Shown here piece after piece: positions 18,488 through 28,101 of a stretch of 64,000 nucleotides of DNA. A program made the translations under genes and the position numbers. Each line of letters starts with the position of its first letter. The stretch's first letter is position 1. Source of the stretch: Deferrisomatales bacterium (lineage in GTDB: Bacteria; Desulfobacterota; Deferrisomatia; Deferrisomatales; JACRMM01); contig JAWSUI010000001.1 of the NCBI GenBank assembly GCA_033551855.1, forward strand, positions 64,001 to 128,000, in the 5' to 3' direction. The notes beneath the pieces are model-generated. The model was not told the DNA's origin and searched no databases. It saw only the letters and a program-made list of their open reading frames with translations.

Positions 18488-19273
18488 TCACGTCGACCGG
18501 GACACGCGAGCGGCGGCCGCGACCGCCGCGCCCAGGGCGTCGGCAAGCTCGGGGTCCGGGGGGATCTTCAGGCTCTCCACCTCGAGGTTGTCCCGCAGGG
18601 AGCGCACGAAGCCCGGGTTGCGGGCCAACCCGCCCAGGAGCACCACCTCCCCCTCGACCTTGATCCGCCGCACCATGGAGCTGACCCGGTTGGCGATGGC
18701 GTCGTGGACCGCCCGGGAGATGTCCCGCCTGTCCGTGCCGGCGTGGATCAGCGAGACCACCTCGCTCTCGGCGAACACCGTGCACTGGGCGTTCATGGGG
18801 ATCCTCACCGAGCTCTCCAGGCTCTTCTCGGCGAACTCCTTCAGGGTCATCCCCAGGGCCCGGGCCATGGACTCGGTGAAGCTGCCAGACCCGGCGGCGC
18901 ACTTCTCGTTCACGGCCGAGTCCACAACCCGTCCCTTCCCGTCCGTCCTGATGGCCCGGCTCTCCTCAGCCCCCACCTCGACCACGGTGGTGGCCCCAGG
19001 GTAGAGGAAGTTCGCGCCTCGCGCGGCAGCGGCAATGTCGGTGATGCGCGAGTCGGCAAACTCCACGGCCTGCCGCCCGGCCCCGGTGGCCGTGACGTGG
19101 AGCACCTCCCCGCGGGTCAATCGGGCCGCCGCCAACGCCTGGTCCAGAAGCTCCTCCGCGGCGGCACCCTGGTGGAACCCCCCGGTGCCCATCGCCTGGG
19201 CGACCACTTCGCCGTCCCGGAGGATCACCACCTTGATGTTCCTGCTCCCCACGTCGATCCCGGCGGTGACCAT
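18488..19273 (-). CDS. bzdP: Benzoyl-CoA reductase, Bzd-type ATPase subunit P
   Basis: GIDVGS, TGAGR, EVGAEESRA, NEKCAAGSG, NAQCTVFAESEVVSL. Confidence 0.85.
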   Translation of the reverse strand: MVTAGIDVGSRNIKVVILRDGEVVAQAMGTGGFHQGAAAEELLDQALAAARLTRGEVLHVTATGAGRQAVEFADSRITDIAAAARGANFLYPGATTVVEVGAEESRAIRTDGKGRVVDSAVNEKCAAGSGSFTESMARALGMTLKEFAEKSLESSVRIPMNAQCTVFAESEVVSLIHAGTDRRDISRAVHDAIANRVSSMVRRIKVEGEVVLLGGLARNPGFVRSLRDNLEVESLKIPPDPELADALGAAVAAAARVSRST

Positions 19274-19352
19274 GGGTACCGACCTCCTCCCGCTCCGGTG
19301 CCCCCTCCCTCCCCGGTTCGAGCCGGGAGTGCGGAAACTCCGAGCGGGTAGG

Positions 19353-19369
19353 AGCAAGGGCCGTGCCAA
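19353..19369 (-). promoter_or_regulatory. Sigma54 (-24/-12) promoter of the benzoyl-CoA operon
   Basis: Minus strand TTGGCACGGCCCTTGCT matches TGGCAC-N5-TTGC, ~80 nt before the bzdP ATG. Confidence 0.8.
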
Positions 19370-19684
19370 CCCCGGTTGATAACGGAAAAGCCCTTTCCAT
19401 CCAAGCAGTTGTGATTTACTCTCCGCGAGAGGGGGATCTGTCTCCCCAGTGGGGTCGGCCGATCTCGGCGACTTCGGTTGAAGCTTCACCGTGAGTGTGG
19501 TGAAGAATGACCCCTGGGCCGGGCCCGCCGGGAGTCCCCCGCTCGGGGGAGCGCCGGGGTACCTCGCGAGGGGATCCTCAGGGGCCGCACCCCGCGGCTG
19601 CCGTCCGGGCTGCCCCGTCGCACGTGGGGCGGCGCACGGGCTTTCCGACCCCGTCTCCGGGAGCAGCGGCCGGCGCCGCAGACG

Positions 19685-19892
19685 GACTCTTCCGGGGAAG
19701 GACGGGTTGCCGTACTCCAAGACGGCCGGCTGGGTCCGACGGCGGAGGCGGACGGCCGCCCCATGACCGTATCCCCGTCGGGGCCGGTGGTCCCTTCGGG
19801 CGTCTCGGCAGCCGCGCGGGTTCGGAGCGTCGGGTCGTGCGGCATCGGCCGCCGGTGTGGGCGGACCCACCGGGCCGTTTCCCGGATGAACT
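19685..19892 (-). mobile_element. MITE-like repeat family I, diverged copy D
   Basis: Reverse complement aligns at both ends with copies A-C; flanks CGCAGACG/CAAAGATG. Confidence 0.7.
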
Positions 19893-20065
19893 CAAAGATG
19901 TGTCCAAAGATGTTGACACCCATCGGCATCGGGGGTATCCAGCCCTTCCCTCGGCAGAAGGCCGGGCTCCCTCCGGGAGGCCGGCGGCCGGTCGCGGGGG
20001 GCGGGCATCCGGGGGCGAGAGACCGCGCTCGCTCGACAGGAACAGAAAGGCGGTGGGCGGCCCCG

Positions 20066-22009
20066 ATGAAATCCAAGACCCTCGAGCAGCTCTACGACAA
20101 GTGGACCGTCGCCAAGGCCCGGGAGCTCTACGGAATCGACAACTGGGGCGCCGGCTACTTCAAGATCAACCCCGCCGGGGAGGTCTGCGTGTGCCCCGAC
20201 GCCTCCCGACCCGACGCGTCGGCGAGCCTCGTCCAGATCGTCAACGGGCTGCGGGAGCGCGGGCAGGATCTGCCGGTTCTCCTCCGGTTCGAGGACATCC
20301 TCGCCTCCCGGATCCGGCTCCTCAACAAGACCTTCGCGGCCACCATGAAGAGCTACGGCTACGAGGGGGGGTTCCGCGGGGTGTTCCCGATCAAGGTCAA
20401 CCAACAGCAGCAGGTGGTGGAGGAGATCACCACCTTCGGGAAGCGCTACCACCACGGTCTGGAGGCGGGGAGCAAGGCGGAGCTCATCGCGGCCATGGCG
20501 TACCTCGACGATCCCGAGGCGCTGCTCATCTGCAACGGGTACAAGGACGAGCACTTCCTCCGGTTGGTTCTCCACGCGCGCATGGTGGGGCTCAACTGCG
20601 TCTGCGTGATCGAGACGCTCAACGAGCTGCCGCTGGTGCTGCGCCTCTCGCGGGAGATGGGGGTCAAGCCGGTGCTCGGGGTGCGCATCAAGCTCGCGGC
20701 CAGCGCGAGCGGTCACTGGAAAGAGTCCGGCGGCGACCGTAGCGTCTTCGGCCTGAGCGCCTCCCAGGTGATCGAGTTGGTAGACCTGCTCAAGGCCGAG
20801 GGGATGCTCGATTGCCTGCAGCTCCTCCACTACCACCTGGGTTCCCAGATCCCCAACATCCGCCAGATCCGCACCGGGCTCATGGAGGCCTGCCGTACAT
20901 ACGTGGGACTCACCCAGGAGGGCGCCCCCATGGGCATGCTCGATCTGGGGGGAGGGTTGGCGGTGGACTACGACGGCTCCCACACCAACTTCCCGTCGAG
21001 CTGCAACTACTCCCTGGACGAGTACTGCCGCGACGTGGTGGAGGTGGTGCAGGAGATCATGGACGAGACGGGCACCGCCCACCCCACCGTCGTCACCGAG
21101 TCCGGCCGGGCGACGGTGGCCTACTACTCCGTGCTGATCTTCAACGTCCTGGACGCGAGCCGCTTCTCCGGGGACGAGGCCCTGCCCGACGTGCCCGAGG
21201 AGGCGGCGTCGATCACCCAGAACATCCACGAGGCCGCGGCCAACGTGCGGGAGAAGAACCTGCAGGAGGTCTATCACGACGCCATCTACTACCGGGACGA
21301 GGCGCGCGAGCTGTTCAAGCGGGGGCAGATGGGCATCCGCGAGAGGGCCTTGGTGGAGCGCATCTTCTGGTACGCGATGCAGCGCATCCAGCGGGTCCTC
21401 GGGGGGATGCGCTACGTGCCGGACGACTTCGAGGGCCTGGCCGAGGCCATGAGCGACATCTATTACGGAAACATGAGCGTCTTCCAGTCCCTGCCCGACG
21501 TGTGGGCCATCGACCAGATCCTGCCGGTGGTGCCCATCCACAGGCTGGACGAGCCGCCCTCGCGCCACGCGATCATCTCCGACATCACCTGTGACAGCGA
21601 CGGCAAGATCGACCGCTTCATCGATCTGCAGGACGTCGCCCGCACCCTTCCGCTGCACGCCCTTCGCGGCGGCGAGGAGTACCTGCTGGGGGTCTTCCTG
21701 GTGGGGGCGTATCAGGAAACCCTGGGGGACCTCCACAATCTCATCGGCGACACGAACGTCGCCAGCGTCCGGATGGGCGACAACGGCGAAATCGAGTACG
21801 TCCGGGAGCTCGACGGGGACTCGGTGGGCGACGTCCTGTCCTACGTGGAGTACGACCCGCGGGAGCTGATGACCCGGTTCCGGGAGAAGGCCGAGCGCGC
21901 CGTGCGGGAGGGGCTGATCAACGGGCAGCAGCGCCGGGCCATCACCGCAGCCTACGAGGCGGGGATGCGCGGCTACACCTATTACGGCTCGGACGGGAAC
22001 ACCGGGTAG
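20066..22009 (+). CDS. speA: Biosynthetic arginine decarboxylase
   Basis: GVFPIKVNQQ, GLEAGSKAEL, HYHLGSQI, SDITCDSDG. Confidence 0.95.
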   Translation: MKSKTLEQLYDKWTVAKARELYGIDNWGAGYFKINPAGEVCVCPDASRPDASASLVQIVNGLRERGQDLPVLLRFEDILASRIRLLNKTFAATMKSYGYEGGFRGVFPIKVNQQQQVVEEITTFGKRYHHGLEAGSKAELIAAMAYLDDPEALLICNGYKDEHFLRLVLHARMVGLNCVCVIETLNELPLVLRLSREMGVKPVLGVRIKLAASASGHWKESGGDRSVFGLSASQVIELVDLLKAEGMLDCLQLLHYHLGSQIPNIRQIRTGLMEACRTYVGLTQEGAPMGMLDLGGGLAVDYDGSHTNFPSSCNYSLDEYCRDVVEVVQEIMDETGTAHPTVVTESGRATVAYYSVLIFNVLDASRFSGDEALPDVPEEAASITQNIHEAAANVREKNLQEVYHDAIYYRDEARELFKRGQMGIRERALVERIFWYAMQRIQRVLGGMRYVPDDFEGLAEAMSDIYYGNMSVFQSLPDVWAIDQILPVVPIHRLDEPPSRHAIISDITCDSDGKIDRFIDLQDVARTLPLHALRGGEEYLLGVFLVGAYQETLGDLHNLIGDTNVASVRMGDNGEIEYVRELDGDSVGDVLSYVEYDPRELMTRFREKAERAVREGLINGQQRRAITAAYEAGMRGYTYYGSDGNTG

Positions 22010-22047
22010 CGTGTCCCCCGGCTTCGCGGGCTCAGGAGGTGACGAGG

Positions 22048-23244
22048 ATGAGCAAGGTGCTGATCATCGGGGCGGGGGGAGTGGGACGGGTGGTGGCCCA
22101 CAAGGCCACCCAGGCGAAGGACGTCTTCACGGCCATCACCCTGGCCTCCCGCACCAAGGCCAAGTGCGACGCCATCGCGGCGGAGCTCCCGGTGCCGATC
22201 CGCACGGCGCGGGTGGACGCCGACGACGTGGGGCAGCTCGTGGAGCTGATCCGCCGCGAGAGCCCCGCCCTCGTCCTGAACGTGGCCCTCCCCTACCAGG
22301 ACCTGACCATCATGGACGCGTGCCTGGAGACCGGGGTCGACTACCTGGACACGGCCAACTACGAGCCCCGAGACACCGCCAAGTTCGAGTACTCCTGGCA
22401 GTGGGCGTACCACGACCGCTTCCGCGAGAAGGGCCTCATGGCCCTCCTGGGGAGCGGCTTCGACCCCGGGGTCACCAACGTCTTCACGGCCTGGGCGGCG
22501 AAGCACTGCCTCGACGAGCTCCACGAGCTCGACATCATCGACGCCAACGCCGGCAGCCACGGCCAGCCCTTCGCCACCAACTTCAACCCCGAGATCAACA
22601 TCCGGGAGGTCACCGCCCCCTGCCGCCACTGGGAGGACGGCCGCTGGGTCGAGTCCCCTGCCCTCAGCACGCGGCGGACCTACGACTTCCCCGAGGGGAT
22701 CGGCCCCATGGCAGTCTACCGGATGTACCACGAGGAGCTCGAGTCCCTGGCGAGGCACTTCCCCACCCTCCGCAAGGCCCAGTTCTGGATGACCTTCTCG
22801 GACAACTACCTCAAGCACCTGGAGGTGCTCCAGAACGTGGGCATGACCCGCATCGACCCGGTGCTCTACGAGGGAAGGGAGATCGTCCCGCTCCAGTTCC
22901 TCAAGGCCGTGCTCCCGGACCCGGGGAGCCTCGGGCCTCTCACCAAGGGGAAGACCTGCATCGGCGTCGTGGCCCGCGGGGTCAAGGCCGGGGCGAAGCG
23001 CGAGGTCTACGTCTACAACATCTGCGACCACGAGGAGGCCTACCGGGAGACCAACTCCCAGGCCATCAGCTACACCACCGGGGTGCCGGCCGTCGTCGGC
23101 GCGGCCATGATGCTCGGGGACCGGTGGCGGGGCGCCGGCGTCTTCAACCTGGAGCAGTTCGACCCCGATCCATTCCTCGAGACCTTGGGCCGGATGGGCC
23201 TTCCCTGGCAGGCGGTGGAACGGGAGGGCTGGACGGCCCTCTGA
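22048..23244 (+). CDS. Carboxy(nor)spermidine dehydrogenase (saccharopine dehydrogenase family)
   Basis: IIGAGGVG, NVALPYQD, YLDTANYE, GSGFDPGVT, FATNFNPEINIRE, SYTTGVP. Confidence 0.9.
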   Translation: MSKVLIIGAGGVGRVVAHKATQAKDVFTAITLASRTKAKCDAIAAELPVPIRTARVDADDVGQLVELIRRESPALVLNVALPYQDLTIMDACLETGVDYLDTANYEPRDTAKFEYSWQWAYHDRFREKGLMALLGSGFDPGVTNVFTAWAAKHCLDELHELDIIDANAGSHGQPFATNFNPEINIREVTAPCRHWEDGRWVESPALSTRRTYDFPEGIGPMAVYRMYHEELESLARHFPTLRKAQFWMTFSDNYLKHLEVLQNVGMTRIDPVLYEGREIVPLQFLKAVLPDPGSLGPLTKGKTCIGVVARGVKAGAKREVYVYNICDHEEAYRETNSQAISYTTGVPAVVGAAMMLGDRWRGAGVFNLEQFDPDPFLETLGRMGLPWQAVEREGWTAL

Positions 23245-23284
23245 GGGGGAGGGTTCCCGGCCGCTGAAAGCGTCGGGCGCGGCT

Positions 23285-24190
23285 TCAGGCGCTGCGGCGG
23301 GGAGGCCGGTTGACCAGGACCATGCCGGTGCACACCAGGCCCAGGGCCACCAGCAGGGTGACCCGCAGGGTCTCGCCGGGCAGCAGCATCACGCTCAGGA
23401 ACACGCCGAAGACCGGGGCGAAGAAGGTGAAGGCTGCCAGCAGGCTCACGCTGTAGCGCTCGATCATCTCGAACCACACGATGTAGCTGAGAAACGCCAC
23501 CACGAAGCACTGGTAGGCGAGGGACAACGCCACGGCAGGGGTGACGCCGATCCACACCCGGTCCTCCAGGAGCGCGCTCCACACCAGGAGCACCGGCGCC
23601 GAGAACGCGAGCTGGTAGAAGAGCACCTGCAGGGGCCCCGCCCGGCCCACCAGGAACCGCTTGATGTAGAGGGTCGTGGCCCCCCACAGGGCCGCACCGA
23701 GGAGCACGGACAGGTCCCCCGGGAGAGTTTCCCGGCTGGTGGCCCCCCACCCCTGGGCGAAGAGGCTCGCCACGCCGGCGAAGGCGAGCACGAGCCCGGC
23801 AGCCTTGACCGGGTGCAGGCGGTCCCCGGTGAGGAAGAGGTGGGCGCCCAGCGCCACGAAGAAGGGGTGCGTGTAGAGGAGGATGACCCCCCGCGACGCC
23901 TCGGTGTGGAGAAGCCCCAGATAGATGAACCCGAACTCGAGGCCGAAGAGCAGCCCCACGGCGACCCCGTGGCCGAGCACGGCCGGGCGCCCGGGGGGGA
24001 GAACCGGCACTCCGCGCGCCCGCATCCAGACCCACACGCACAGCCCTGCCACCAGGGACCGGAGGCCAGCCGAGAAGAGCGGCGCGACGCCCTCCACGCT
24101 CACCTTGATGGCGACCATGTTGCCCCCCCAGAGGACACACAGGACCACCAGGACCAGCACGGCCGCCCGAGGCAGCTGACCCTGGCTCAC
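23285..24190 (-). CDS. DMT/EamA family transporter
   Basis: About 10 TM segments with two EamA repeats (LWG motifs). Confidence 0.85.
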   Translation of the reverse strand: MSQGQLPRAAVLVLVVLCVLWGGNMVAIKVSVEGVAPLFSAGLRSLVAGLCVWVWMRARGVPVLPPGRPAVLGHGVAVGLLFGLEFGFIYLGLLHTEASRGVILLYTHPFFVALGAHLFLTGDRLHPVKAAGLVLAFAGVASLFAQGWGATSRETLPGDLSVLLGAALWGATTLYIKRFLVGRAGPLQVLFYQLAFSAPVLLVWSALLEDRVWIGVTPAVALSLAYQCFVVAFLSYIVWFEMIERYSVSLLAAFTFFAPVFGVFLSVMLLPGETLRVTLLVALGLVCTGMVLVNRPPRRSA

Positions 24191-24537
24191 GTGCACCCTC
24201 CCGGGGTTTTCCCTCCCCTCGCCAAGCTGCGCCTCCTTCGTCCTCCGGGTCCGGGCAGCATTACCAGGCAACTACCACGGGGTGTCAACCGGATTCTGCG
24301 GTTCGCTCCCGGATCGTGTCGGCATGGATCCGCCAGGGGAGGGGCCCTGCGGGCCGTCTCGTGCCGCGGGCGGCGCGACCCCGTCGCCGGCGTCTCCAGC
24401 CCGATGGGAACCCACACCGATCGCGACAGAGTCGACCGTGCTCGGCCGGACCGCGCGGGCGCGGGCAACCGCCTTCAGTTCCGGCGCGGGCCGGCCGAAA
24501 GGGACGCTGCACGAGCGGCTCACGAGGAACGAAAACG

Positions 24538-26244
24538 ATGTTCTTCCCCCTCCACCAGCGGTCCGACGCGGAGCGGCCCATCGCGGCGGGCAGACTCCTG
24601 CTCGCCGGCGCCTCGGTGCTCGCCCTGGGGCTGGCCCCACCGGAGCCGGGCCCGGGCGGGGGCCTGCTCTTGGGCGTTCTCCTCGCCTACGGCCTGTATG
24701 CGGTCGCAGCAGCGGCGCTCGCCGCCGCCGCCCGGGTCCCGCGCGGCCCGCTTGTCCTGGCCAGCCACGGCCTGGACATAGCGGTCGGGGCGCTGCTCCT
24801 CGGGCTCACCGCCGGCCTCGCGAGCCCCTTCTTCCCCTATCTGGTCTTCGCGCTGCTCAGCGGCACCCTGCGCTGGGACGGCCGGGGCGCCCTCTGGACG
24901 GGGGTGGCCGTCTTCGGCGTGTTCACGGCCCTCGCCCTGGCCGGCGGCTCCCCGTCCGGAGGGGCGGACGGGGGGATCGACCATCGCCTCGCGCTTACCC
25001 GCGCAGGCCACCTGTCGGCGGCCACCCTCCTGCTGGCCCACCTGGGGGGTCGCCTGGCGCGGCTCCGGGGGGACGCGGGCCGTCTCGCCTCGGGCCTCCG
25101 GCCGCCCTCCGGGGACGCCGACGAGGCTCTGCGGGACGCCCTGGCCCACGCGGCCGTCACCCTCGGCGCCCCCCGGGCAGCGGTCTGCTGGGACGACCCC
25201 GAGGAGCCCTGGCTCCACCTGGCCCTCTGGTCGGCCGAGGGCTTCGAGCGCCGGCGGGAACCGCCCGGGCGCTTGGATCCGCCGGTGGCAGAGCCGTTGC
25301 TCGAGGCGGACTTCTGCTGCCCCGGACCTTCCCGGCCGCGGGCCGAGGTGACCTGCCGAGCCCCGAGCGGTCTGGCGCGCTGGCGGGGGGAGCCCCTCCA
25401 CCCGGGGCTCCGGGCCATGCTGGCCCCGCGCTCGGTGCTCGGCCTGGTGCTCCTCGGCGAGACGTTCCAGGGCCGGCTCTTCGCCCTGGACAAGGAGGGC
25501 CTGGGCGAGGACGATCTGGCGCTGGGGCGCGCGGTGGCCCGCCAAGTGGCCGCACACCTCGACCAGGCCCACCAGGTGGAACGGCTGCGCCGTGCCGCCG
25601 CCTGGGACGAGAGGGTCCGGCTGGCCCGGGACCTCCACGACGGCGTGGTCCAGTCCCTCACGGCCGCGGCCCTCAAGGTCCAGGCGGCCCTGGGCGCCCT
25701 GGGCCGGCGCCCGGAGGACGTCGAGGCCCGCCTCCGGGAGGTGCAGCAGATCCTGGCCGACGAGCAGCGAGACCTCCGGGCGATCTCCCGGGACCTCAAG
25801 CCCTGGGCCTCCTCGCCCACGGTCGAGCGGGATCTCGCTCGCCGCCTGCGGGAGGTGTGCGAGCGGGTGGAGGCCCACTGGGGGCTCCGGGCGGTGTTCC
25901 AAGGGTCCCTCAACGGGCTGGGGGCGGTGCCGGGCTCCCTGGCCCACGAGACGTGCCGTACCCTCCACGAGGCCCTGGTCAACGCGGCCCGCCACGGCCG
26001 CGCCCGGATTGCGCGAGTGGCCCTGGCCGCCGGAAGCCCCGGCTATCGCCTGACCGTCGAGGACGACGGCAGCGGCTTCTCCTTCCGCGGCGCCTACGAG
26101 CTCCCGGAGCTCGCCGCGCGGAGGATGGGCCCCCTGGCGCTGCGGGAGCGGGTGGCCGGGCTCGGCGGGACCCTTCGCGTCGAATCCCATGAGGGAGGGG
26201 CGCGGCTCGAGATCGGCTTTCCCCTTCCGGGCAGGAGCGGGTGA
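24538..26244 (+). CDS. Membrane sensor histidine kinase (HisKA_3/NarX type)
   Basis: N-terminal TMs; ERVRLARDLHDGVVQSL H-box; EALVNAARH; EDDGSGF. Confidence 0.88.
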   Translation: MFFPLHQRSDAERPIAAGRLLLAGASVLALGLAPPEPGPGGGLLLGVLLAYGLYAVAAAALAAAARVPRGPLVLASHGLDIAVGALLLGLTAGLASPFFPYLVFALLSGTLRWDGRGALWTGVAVFGVFTALALAGGSPSGGADGGIDHRLALTRAGHLSAATLLLAHLGGRLARLRGDAGRLASGLRPPSGDADEALRDALAHAAVTLGAPRAAVCWDDPEEPWLHLALWSAEGFERRREPPGRLDPPVAEPLLEADFCCPGPSRPRAEVTCRAPSGLARWRGEPLHPGLRAMLAPRSVLGLVLLGETFQGRLFALDKEGLGEDDLALGRAVARQVAAHLDQAHQVERLRRAAAWDERVRLARDLHDGVVQSLTAAALKVQAALGALGRRPEDVEARLREVQQILADEQRDLRAISRDLKPWASSPTVERDLARRLREVCERVEAHWGLRAVFQGSLNGLGAVPGSLAHETCRTLHEALVNAARHGRARIARVALAAGSPGYRLTVEDDGSGFSFRGAYELPELAARRMGPLALRERVAGLGGTLRVESHEGGARLEIGFPLPGRSG

Positions 26245-26245
26245 C

Positions 26246-26884
26246 GTGAAGATACGCTTGGTGCTCGCCGACGATCACCCCCTCGTGCTGGAGGGGCTCG
26301 CGAACCTGCTGGGGCGCGACGGCGCCTTCGAGGTCCTCGCCCAGTGCCCCACGGGCCGGGAGGCCCTCGAAGCGGTGCGGGAGCACCGGCCGGACCTCCT
26401 GGTGCTGGACCTCCAGATGCCCGGCATGGACGGCCTCGAAGTGCTCCGCCGGCTCCAGGAGGACGGCAACGGCACCCGGGTCGTGCTGCTCACCGGAGCG
26501 CTGGACGAGGACGAGGTGCTGGAGGCGATCCGCCTCGGGGTCAAGGGCGTCGTGCTGAAGGAGATGGCGCCCAGCCTCCTCATCCAGTGCCTGCGCAAGG
26601 TGCACGCCGGAGGCCAGTGGCTCGAGAAGGAGTCCGTCGGGAAGGCCCTGGAGAAGCTCCTCCGCCGCGAGGCGGGCGCGCGGGAGGCGGCCGCCGCCCT
26701 GACACCCCGCGAGATCGAGGTGGTGCAGATGACGGCCCGGGGGCTCCGGAACAAGGAGATCGCCGAGCGCCTCTTCCTGAGCGAGGGCACCGTCAAAGTG
26801 CACCTCCACAACATCTACGAGAAGCTCGGTCTGGACGGCCGGGTAGCACTTCTGCTCTGGGCCCGGGAGCGGGAGCTCGGCTGA
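26246..26884 (+). CDS. NarL/LuxR-family response regulator
   Basis: LADDHP, LDLQMP, LTPREIEV..GLRNKEIA..EGTVKVHL. Confidence 0.93.
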   Translation: MKIRLVLADDHPLVLEGLANLLGRDGAFEVLAQCPTGREALEAVREHRPDLLVLDLQMPGMDGLEVLRRLQEDGNGTRVVLLTGALDEDEVLEAIRLGVKGVVLKEMAPSLLIQCLRKVHAGGQWLEKESVGKALEKLLRREAGAREAAAALTPREIEVVQMTARGLRNKEIAERLFLSEGTVKVHLHNIYEKLGLDGRVALLLWARERELG

Positions 26885-26943
26885 GAGTCCGGGGAGGCCT
26901 GACGGGCACTGCAAGACACACCGAGACGAGGGGTGCTCCACGC

Positions 26944-26979
26944 ACGAGCCCCCTCTCCCGCACGGGAGAGGGGGCTCGT
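26944..26979. terminator. Perfect 16-bp hairpin between convergent genes
   Basis: ACGAGCCCCCTCTCCC-gcac-GGGAGAGGGGGCTCGT. Confidence 0.65.
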
Positions 26980-26998
26980 CGCTCCCGGGCTCGGGTTC

Positions 26999-27709
26999 CT
27001 ACTCCTCGGAGCCCTCGTCCGGGTTCCAGCAGAAGGTGACGTGACTGATCTCCCGCGGCTCACCCGACCCGGCGTTGAGGGGGGCGTGGAGCCCGGAATC
27101 GTAGAGCTCGGCGGGGTCGTACACGAAGGCGTTGGCCCCCAGGCCACCCTTGACGATTACCGCGCCGATGCCGACGGTGGCCTCCCACCAGAAGGAGTCG
27201 CCGTCGTTGATGATCGCGATCTCGTTGCCGGCGTGCTCCCAAAGGCCGTCCGGGGCGGCGGCGTCCACCTTGAACCCGTAGGCGAACTCCCCGACCCGGG
27301 CGCACTCGGCCTCCGCGCTCCCGTTCACCCAGGTCTCGAAGACGATCGGGTTCACGAGGGCCGTGAAGTCGTCGTCGCCGTCACCGCCGGACCCGGACCC
27401 GCCCGAGCCCCCGGTATCGCCGGAGTCCGACCCGGAACCGGTGTCGGTGTCGGCATCACCCGAGGGGTCCCCGGAGACGCTGTCGCCCGTGCCGCCCGCC
27501 GCGGTTCCGGAATCCCCGCCTCCCGCACCCCCGCCCTCGAGGACGGTTCCCGTGCTGCCCGTGCCGGCGCCGTCCGGGCTGGGAGTATCCGCCGAAAGGC
27601 TCCCGTCCCCCGCCACGAGCCCCCCGCCCCCGCCCCCGCCCCCGCTGCCGCAACCGCCGAGGAGCAGCGCCATCACCGCGACCACCACTGCAAAATTCGA
27701 GCTCTTCAT
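26999..27709 (-). CDS. Lipoprotein with Gly/Ser/Asp-rich linker and C-terminal beta domain
   Basis: Lipobox LLGG-C; GGAGG RBS; low-complexity linker. Confidence 0.8.
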   Translation of the reverse strand: MKSSNFAVVVAVMALLLGGCGSGGGGGGGGLVAGDGSLSADTPSPDGAGTGSTGTVLEGGGAGGGDSGTAAGGTGDSVSGDPSGDADTDTGSGSDSGDTGGSGGSGSGGDGDDDFTALVNPIVFETWVNGSAEAECARVGEFAYGFKVDAAAPDGLWEHAGNEIAIINDGDSFWWEATVGIGAVIVKGGLGANAFVYDPAELYDSGLHAPLNAGSGEPREISHVTFCWNPDEGSEE

Positions 27710-28042
27710 GGGTCACCTCCGTGTTCGGTTGGTCAAGATCCTATCCGTGAGTTGCACAAGGGGCTTTGCCATCTGTTGGGCCTCGACCTCGGCCCCGTTC
27801 TGAACCTGGGCCAAAGCATAGAGACCGCTGGTACCCGCCACCATTTGGCGACGGATACATTTGCGGTCCCTCCAGGGGTGTATGCGGCCTATGTCTCGGG
27901 GTATAGGCGGGTTCGGCCCCGTCCGGCCGTCGACACACCAGCGGAGGGCGGAGCGTCGACCACGACATCCCCCAATTCGCTCCCGGGAGCCTTCCGAGGG
28001 CTCTCCTGCTCGCCCCGCCTCCGATCCCGGGAAGATCCTGTC

Positions 28043-28062
28043 AATAGCCTTTTCATGCTATT
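28043..28062. promoter_or_regulatory. Palindromic operator candidate in the AT-rich satD promoter region
   Basis: AATAGC-N8-GCTATT, just before TTGAAT...TGGTATAGA. Confidence 0.45.
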
Positions 28063-28101
28063 TGCTTGAATTATGTCCTCCAAATGGTATAGATGTGCGT
28101 C

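Noticed and set aside
27380..27650. Gly/Ser-rich stretch as a tandem DNA repeat or phase-variable tract
   Set aside because: It is explained by a low-complexity protein linker with varied codons and has no long perfect repeat.
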